A stretch of DNA of 64,000 nucleotides from an uncultured virus (IMG/VR IMGVR_UViG_3300022853_000024) (Duplodnaviria > Heunggongvirae > Uroviricota > Caudoviricetes): the IMG/VR virus record IMGVR_UViG_3300022853_000024. One strand, 5' to 3'. The notes beneath the pieces are model-generated. The model saw nothing but the letters and a program-made list of their open reading frames with translations, ran no database searches and was not told the DNA's origin. This document shows, in pieces, positions 58,742 through 64,000 of the stretch; position 1 is the first letter of the stretch, and each line of letters opens with the position of its first letter. Position numbers and translations under genes: made by a program.

Positions 58742-59914
58742 TTATGCAAACGAAATGTTTGACATAGTAACTTTACCAACATAGTCCCCAGCATTTCCTA
58801 GTGAAGATGCTGTGTTGTTTAACTCTACATAACCATATCTAGTCATGAAAGAAACAACTGGTTCAAAAGTTGATGGGTCAAGCACAACACCGCTAGACAT
58901 TAACGGAATGTATGGGCAATAGAACGCCGCCGCATCTGCTTCAGATGAGCCTTTGTATCCTACCAATACAGACGTATCGTCTGCCGCATATGTGTCAACA
59001 TATACTTTCATTGCACTGTTTAAAGTTCCAACCATCTTTTGGTTAGTTGGTGCTTCAAAAGAACCTTCAGTTGTTCTTGCGAACGCTGAAGTTGTTGCAG
59101 ATTGAAGTACAGTTAAAGCCTGTGGTGATACCACAGCCCAGTTTCCTGCGCCTCTTCTTGTTCTTTGTGCAATTTTATTTGCTGTTCTGTTGATTAACAC
59201 AGCCAATGCCGCATGTTCATCGCCTACAAAAGTTGCAGTTCCTGATACAGCCGCTTGGTTAAATGTTTCTTCATCAGCCGCTAAAGCTCTTAATGAGTTG
59301 ATGACTTCTTGGTCGATTTCAGCAGTAATTTCTTGTGCTAATGCCGCCATGATTTCAGCCTCTACATCAATACCTTGTTGAGCTTGTGCGTCTTGAGCAG
59401 ATTCAAATGTCCATCTTGCTTGTAACTTTCTGCTTTTTGCTTCAACAGTTTGTTTCAAGATTTGGATTGACATTGCTCTACCACCACTACCTTCTTTAGT
59501 GGCTGTTGCGTCTGCATTACCATTTGGATCTGCTACATCGTTACCTGAATAACCTTGTGCAATTGCAAATGGTGATAATGCTTCAGCCCCTGCCGCTAGT
59601 CCGCCGCCTGATGTTGCCGCTTCTGCATATCTTACTCTTAGTGTGTGGATTTGTCCAACTGGGCCAGTCATTGGTTGTACTCCAACCAATTCGTTAGCAA
59701 TTACAGTAGGCATAACCCTTCTGATCACGGGTAGGATCACTCTGTTTAGAGTTGCAACGTTACCGGCAGATGTAGCACCTGCTGTTGCCGACTCTGAAAG
59801 ATACTGTCTAGTATTTTCCAAAGTTGTAGCCATAACTGCTTTTTTATTTCCAGTTAGGCCTTCTAGTAACGCACTCTTTGTATCCTGCCAGCGAGTTTCT
59901 GTTAGTTCTGACAT
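58742..59914 (-). CDS. gp23: Major capsid protein (gp23-like)
   Basis: RRVMPTVIANELVGVQPMTGPVGQI, KSRKLQARWT.E.AQD, EITAEIDQE, YCPYIPL and TRYG. Confidence 0.97.
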   Translation of the reverse strand: MSELTETRWQDTKSALLEGLTGNKKAVMATTLENTRQYLSESATAGATSAGNVATLNRVILPVIRRVMPTVIANELVGVQPMTGPVGQIHTLRVRYAEAATSGGGLAAGAEALSPFAIAQGYSGNDVADPNGNADATATKEGSGGRAMSIQILKQTVEAKSRKLQARWTFESAQDAQAQQGIDVEAEIMAALAQEITAEIDQEVINSLRALAADEETFNQAAVSGTATFVGDEHAALAVLINRTANKIAQRTRRGAGNWAVVSPQALTVLQSATTSAFARTTEGSFEAPTNQKMVGTLNSAMKVYVDTYAADDTSVLVGYKGSSEADAAAFYCPYIPLMSSGVVLDPSTFEPVVSFMTRYGYVELNNTASSLGNAGDYVGKVTMSNISFA

Positions 59915-59935
59915 TGTGTTTTTCTCCTTTGTTTT

Positions 59936-61024
59936 TTATATACCAGCAAGTCTTCTAATATCAACGATGTTGCTATTGAATTGACTGCTGTTTACAATGT
60001 TAATTTGTTTATCGCCTGTTACTTCTGTGCCTTCATTTATAGCCTGTTTTTTCGCTGGAGTCCTACCGTTTAGAACAGATGGTATGTACTTTTCGAATTG
60101 CTTTCGTAAAGCACCCGTCTGCACACTCTCCAGTAGATTGTTCATTATTTCTTTTTGTTCTGTGTTCAATGGGTGTGTTAACTCATTGATTACGTTACTT
60201 CTCTCTGCCGCTTCTTTAATTGTAGCAATTTCTAATTCTTTTGCTTCAATTACTTTTTGCTTCTCATTGACAGTCTTCATCGCTTCTTCTGCCTGTAGTT
60301 TCGAAATGTCCACTACCTTCATAAGTTTTGCTGTTTCACTTTTTTCATTCAAGAACGATTGTGAATATTCTTGTTGATAAGATTCAAACAGTCTGCGACC
60401 AAAGTCGTTTTTGCGAGCCGCTTCAATGTCTTCTTTTAATGAACTGATCTCTGACTTAAGAGTTTTGCTCACTATTTCTGACACTTTACTAGCACCTTTT
60501 TTCACAAAGTTACTTCTAACTTTTTCAAAATGTGCTTTTGCTTCTCTGATAAGACGTACTTTTGTTTCAGCAACGTCTTGTTTGTCTTTTTGAAATTCTG
60601 CAATTTCTTTAGACAGAGCTTCTACCACAAATTCCTCAAGTTTGACAAAATTTTCTGCCATAACTTTTTGGTCTGCGTATAGTTCAGCAACTTCGCCTTT
60701 AAGTTTTTCAAAAACAAACGATTTTAACTTTTCTGCGTGTTCACCGATTTGAGTAGCATACTTAACTCTCTCTTCAGCAAGTGCTTTCTTGTCGTCTGCG
60801 AACTCTGCCATTTCTGCTTCGAGTCTTTCAGATACCATTTTATCAACAGCGTCTGTTAAATTTGCTTTGTCGTGTTCATACTTCTCTGCAAATTCTTTAC
60901 GAAGATCAGCAGTGGCAGAAAGTTTGTTTTCTTCAACTTTCTGGTTCCATGCGGATTCTATTTCTGCTCTGATCTCTTCGGAAATACCGTTATTTTCAAA
61001 AAGTGATTTCAGTGCTTCTAACAT
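59936..61024 (-). CDS. gp22: Prohead core scaffolding protein (gp22-like)
   Basis: Glu/Lys coiled coil between protease and capsid genes, with GRRLFES. Start MLEALK at 61024 has an AGGAG SD. Confidence 0.85.
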   Translation of the reverse strand: MLEALKSLFENNGISEEIRAEIESAWNQKVEENKLSATADLRKEFAEKYEHDKANLTDAVDKMVSERLEAEMAEFADDKKALAEERVKYATQIGEHAEKLKSFVFEKLKGEVAELYADQKVMAENFVKLEEFVVEALSKEIAEFQKDKQDVAETKVRLIREAKAHFEKVRSNFVKKGASKVSEIVSKTLKSEISSLKEDIEAARKNDFGRRLFESYQQEYSQSFLNEKSETAKLMKVVDISKLQAEEAMKTVNEKQKVIEAKELEIATIKEAAERSNVINELTHPLNTEQKEIMNNLLESVQTGALRKQFEKYIPSVLNGRTPAKKQAINEGTEVTGDKQINIVNSSQFNSNIVDIRRLAGI

Positions 61025-61034
61025 TCTTTTTCTC

Positions 61035-61658
61035 CTATTTAGATTGGAGTTTTCCAATTATGTTTATTAGTTGTTCTTTTAGATATTTTTGTGCCTTTGT
61101 GTCCCTTGCTGAGTTAAATGCTTTTAAACCACCCTTTGTGTTCATTAGATGCTCGTATATTGGCTCAGGATATGCTCCCGGTGCCGATGGTTGTGCAACG
61201 ATATCTACTGTGATGATTTCAAAATCTGATACATGTCCGGATCCGTCTTCTTTAACATTACCGGAACCCCTACTGGACACACCAAGTTTAACTCCGCTTT
61301 CCAGCATTGTTTTAACTAGTTGTCCCATAGGAGTCGGTAACACTTTTAATTTTCCGTATCCGTTTGGTCCGTCCATCCACATTTCATTTACCATGTGGCT
61401 GACACGGTCAAGGTTAATATTAAGTCCTTCAGGATGATCCACTTCGCCCAACACCGAGTATCCACCAGTGACTTGATCGTTAAGTGTGCTGACAGCCCTC
61501 TGGATTTCGTTAACAGGATACACTCTCTGGTTGGCGTTTTTAACACCTCCCTGAATGCAGATTCCCTTCATGTAAAGGGATTTACCGTTGTGTTCGTCCT
61601 TAGTCTCAACGACTATTCCCGCCTGGTCAAAAGTCAGCGTCTCACGTAATGATAACAT
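61035..61658 (-). CDS. gp21: Prohead protease (gp21-like)
   Basis: N.N.RVYP, LGEVDHP, VSH, TPMG, GVSSRGSG and DIVAQPSAPGA. Confidence 0.96.
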   Translation of the reverse strand: MLSLRETLTFDQAGIVVETKDEHNGKSLYMKGICIQGGVKNANQRVYPVNEIQRAVSTLNDQVTGGYSVLGEVDHPEGLNINLDRVSHMVNEMWMDGPNGYGKLKVLPTPMGQLVKTMLESGVKLGVSSRGSGNVKEDGSGHVSDFEIITVDIVAQPSAPGAYPEPIYEHLMNTKGGLKAFNSARDTKAQKYLKEQLINIIGKLQSK

Positions 61659-61680
61659 CCGTTTTCCTTATACTACCTTA

Positions 61681-62625
61681 TTAACTGCCAATTATCGACT
61701 TTGCAGAAGTATCATCTTCTGTGCTAGTCTTGGCCTTTGGTGCCGCAACAGGTTTCGCTTTAGCGCCTGGTACATTAATGTTACCTGCGTTGTCTTCTTT
61801 TGGAGCAGGTGCTTTACCACCTGTTTCCTCACCGCCTTTAGCGATGTTAGAAGCCGTTCCGCCCATATCATTTTTGCCAGCAACTGGTGATTTAGAGTTA
61901 TCTGAACCATCTGTATGCGTTACGCCTACTTTGTTCACATATTCTCTAATTTCTTCACTTGCTGTTTTTGGCACTGCTGTTTCTACTGCTGGTTGTTCAC
62001 CAAGTTCAGGAGCAACTGCGATTGCAGTTTCACCTTCTGCTGATTGATCTACAAAGGCTTCGTCTTCTTTTTCTTCGCCGTTGTCTTCTGCGTCGTCGCC
62101 TTCTGCGTCGTCGCTTTTGTCCTCATCGCCCATCATTTTTTCAAATTCGGCTTTAAGGTCATCAATAGCATCTTCTAGGTCAACTACTCTGTCTTCGATT
62201 TCTTCTTCACCTTTTTCAGAGTCGTCGCCGTTATCTTCATCACCTGTAGGTGCTGGCATTCCGATGTCAGCAACCATATCGTCTGTTGCGTCTCCACCGT
62301 GTGCTTCTACTGGTGCAATTTCTGTGTTTTCGATATCTAATAAAGATTCGTCTGTTGTTTCTTCATCTTTTGATGCTTCATCAACTGCATCATCTTCTTT
62401 AGACTCATCTTTTGATGCTTCGTCAACTGCGTCGTCATCTTTTTTAGATTCGTCTTCTTTTGAAGTTTCTTCTACTTCGATATCTTTGATATCATTTTCT
62501 AAAAGACCTTCATAGATTGATCTTGATTTTTCCACAACGATATCATGGAAAATTTCTTCTGCCGCTGTTCTATCGTCAGCGACTAATTTTTCAAGCATTT
62601 GCTCGAATTTACTTTTATCTGACAT
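61681..62625 (-). CDS. Highly acidic prohead core-like protein
   Basis: Asp/Glu-rich, with AEEIFHDIVVEKSR. Lies between portal and protease genes. Confidence 0.65.
   Translation of the reverse strand: MSDKSKFEQMLEKLVADDRTAAEEIFHDIVVEKSRSIYEGLLENDIKDIEVEETSKEDESKKDDDAVDEASKDESKEDDAVDEASKDEETTDESLLDIENTEIAPVEAHGGDATDDMVADIGMPAPTGDEDNGDDSEKGEEEIEDRVVDLEDAIDDLKAEFEKMMGDEDKSDDAEGDDAEDNGEEKEDEAFVDQSAEGETAIAVAPELGEQPAVETAVPKTASEEIREYVNKVGVTHTDGSDNSKSPVAGKNDMGGTASNIAKGGEETGGKAPAPKEDNAGNINVPGAKAKPVAAPKAKTSTEDDTSAKSIIGS
62363..62446. repeat. 42-bp tandem duplication (DDAVDEASKDE x2)
   Basis: tcatcttttgatgcttc..caactgc starts at both 62363 and 62405. Confidence 0.8.
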
Positions 62626-62754
62626 TGTTTTCTCCTATTAACTGTTAATGGTAACCATAAACATTGTCTATGGTAAGACTGTCATGTATTATTTAACAAA
62701 TAGGTATAAAAACGGGTAGATAATGGTCCGATATGGACTTGTTTGACGCAGATT

Positions 62755-63342
62755 CTACAAATGAAAGCGTCTTTTAAATTCTTGCACTGTGATTTCACTA
62801 TAATTTGTGAACTTCTTAAGGTCTTTGGCCTCAAACACACTAGTGCCTTCTGGTACTACTCGTATATATCTCTTTAGTGGATTTTTCTGTAGGATAATGC
62901 TGGTTTGTCTGTTCCAATTGCCGTGGTATGTGGCAGTGTCTGCATTCTTTTTGTAGTTGGGTGTGTCGCCAAATATGTTGTTCAACTTGCCTTCACTGGT
63001 GCCTGTGAAGTCGAAACCCAATAAAAATATCAATGGATGCATGTTTTTAGATGCCAACCACAGTGCTGTGGGTCCAGATGACCATCCTAGACTGGGTTCA
63101 AAAAAGTTTAACCCTGGATACTTTTTATATGCTCTGTTTGGATTGGTCCACACAGGAATTTTCAACTGAGCACCTGCTGTGCAGATTTCATTGATCATTT
63201 TGGCATCCACTGCCACTAGATAGTTAGGAGTATATGTTCTATAAACAGCATTGCAGGCATATACTTTGCCAAATTGTTGTAAGGGGTCTAAAGGAATTGG
63301 TTTACGACTGAGACCATTGCCTAATACAAAAGCAATAGACAT
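62755..63342 (-). CDS. DUF115/Maf/MptE-like (sialyltransferase-related fold) protein
   Basis: VLGNGLSR, ACNA.YR, PNYLVAVD, SSGPTALWLA and IFLLGFD motifs. Confidence 0.65.
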   Translation of the reverse strand: MSIAFVLGNGLSRKPIPLDPLQQFGKVYACNAVYRTYTPNYLVAVDAKMINEICTAGAQLKIPVWTNPNRAYKKYPGLNFFEPSLGWSSGPTALWLASKNMHPLIFLLGFDFTGTSEGKLNNIFGDTPNYKKNADTATYHGNWNRQTSIILQKNPLKRYIRVVPEGTSVFEAKDLKKFTNYSEITVQEFKRRFHL

Positions 63343-63345
63343 TTA

Positions 63346-63579
63346 TTACATTTCCGGTTGGTTGGCGTACATCTGCCTCACAAATTCCAACTCTTTTTCT
63401 TGTTCTTCTTTGTGGAATTCTCCGGCTTTTCTTGCTTTGTTGATCTGTTTCAACGAAAGTCTAGTTTTACGTGTGTCACCCAATGACATCACAGACTGGT
63501 CTTCTGAAGCATCATACTGTTTCTGCTCTCCAGGCTCTGTTGTGATTTGATCGTAATAAAAAAGTTCACGTAATATCAT
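63346..63579 (-). CDS. Small hypothetical protein downstream of portal
   Basis: DTRKTRLSLKQINKARK...VRQMY, with a perfect TATAAATA at 63585-63592. Confidence 0.75.
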   Translation of the reverse strand: MILRELFYYDQITTEPGEQKQYDASEDQSVMSLGDTRKTRLSLKQINKARKAGEFHKEEQEKELEFVRQMYANQPEM

Positions 63580-63593
63580 AAAATTATTTATAC

Positions 63594-64000
63594 CTATGTG
63601 TTGGAAGTTGGTGTTCCGCCACCTGGTGCTCCTGCTGGCGATGGTGCTTCCTCTTCTCCTGGAGCAGTTGGATCTTCTGTTGGCTCTGCCGCATCTAAAT
63701 CTGCTTGTATACCTGCTGTGCTGACTCCTGCACTTCTTAATTCAGTTGCTGAAGTGGTTGGTTTACCTGACATAGTTTCATCATTTTCTTCTCTCCACAT
63801 TCTTTCGTTTTCTGCCATCTCTTCTGGGGATAATCCTAAGAATCTTGACAGAGCATAACGTTTGCTTACAAACGGCACTGTTGCTATTTGTGAGTATGTG
63901 GAAATTCTGTTGTTGTCTACTTCTGCTTGTCTGTAAGAAGCAAAGTTCATTGGCGGCTGAAACTTGATATCAAACATTGCTATATCAATATTCACACCTT
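63594..64000 (-). CDS. gp20: Portal protein (gp20-like), C-terminal part
   Basis: F..P.NFASYRQAE, SKRYAL.RFLGL..EE..ENE..W.EE and an acidic/Pro tail. Lies upstream of the head genes and is truncated by the window edge. Confidence 0.8.
   Translation of the reverse strand, partial: GVNIDIAMFDIKFQPPMNFASYRQAEVDNNRISTYSQIATVPFVSKRYALSRFLGLSPEEMAENERMWREENDETMSGKPTTSATELRSAGVSTAGIQADLDAAEPTEDPTAPGEEEAPSPAGAPGGGTPTSNT

Noticed and set aside
16262..63858. Numerous 60-185-aa ORFs antisense or out of frame to long genes (e.g. 56632-57189 +, 62081-62515 +, 52924-53358 +)
   Set aside because: They are shadows of codon bias in the real genes, with no SD, promoter or recognisable motifs.

Overview
This AT-rich window is the virion-morphogenesis region of a large T4-superfamily (myovirus-type) phage, probably aquatic. 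All assignments come from motif recognition by eye, not database searches. Most genes are on the - strand. Reading right to left, it carries the portal C-terminus, a DUF115/Maf-like enzyme, an acidic core protein, prohead protease, scaffold and a short major capsid protein. Next is a host-sigma70-driven island with a lipoprotein, a divergent armless HemB and a hypothetical gene. About 40 kb of large paralogous fibre/baseplate proteins follow. Inside that block sit three ~10%-Cys glycine-rich adhesin-like paralogs, two putative chaperones and a GT9-like / NodU carbamoyltransferase / GT9-like operon behind a perfect T4 late promoter. A + strand late operon links neck/tail genes to a Nudix hydrolase, hldE, a 2OG oxygenase, hldD and a cupin. 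The left end holds gp13, dNMP kinase, tail sheath and tube, gp4 and the small terminase. The best candidate for a new system is a late-expressed NDP-heptose synthesis, heptosyltransferase and carbamoyltransferase pathway that may decorate the phage's own Cys-rich fibre tips or virion. Other highlights are an unannotated 43-aa metallothionein-like gene, a catalytically dead esterase grafted into a structural protein, structured 5' leaders and apparently leaderless late genes. No tRNA, rRNA, CRISPR array, integrase or reverse transcriptase was seen.
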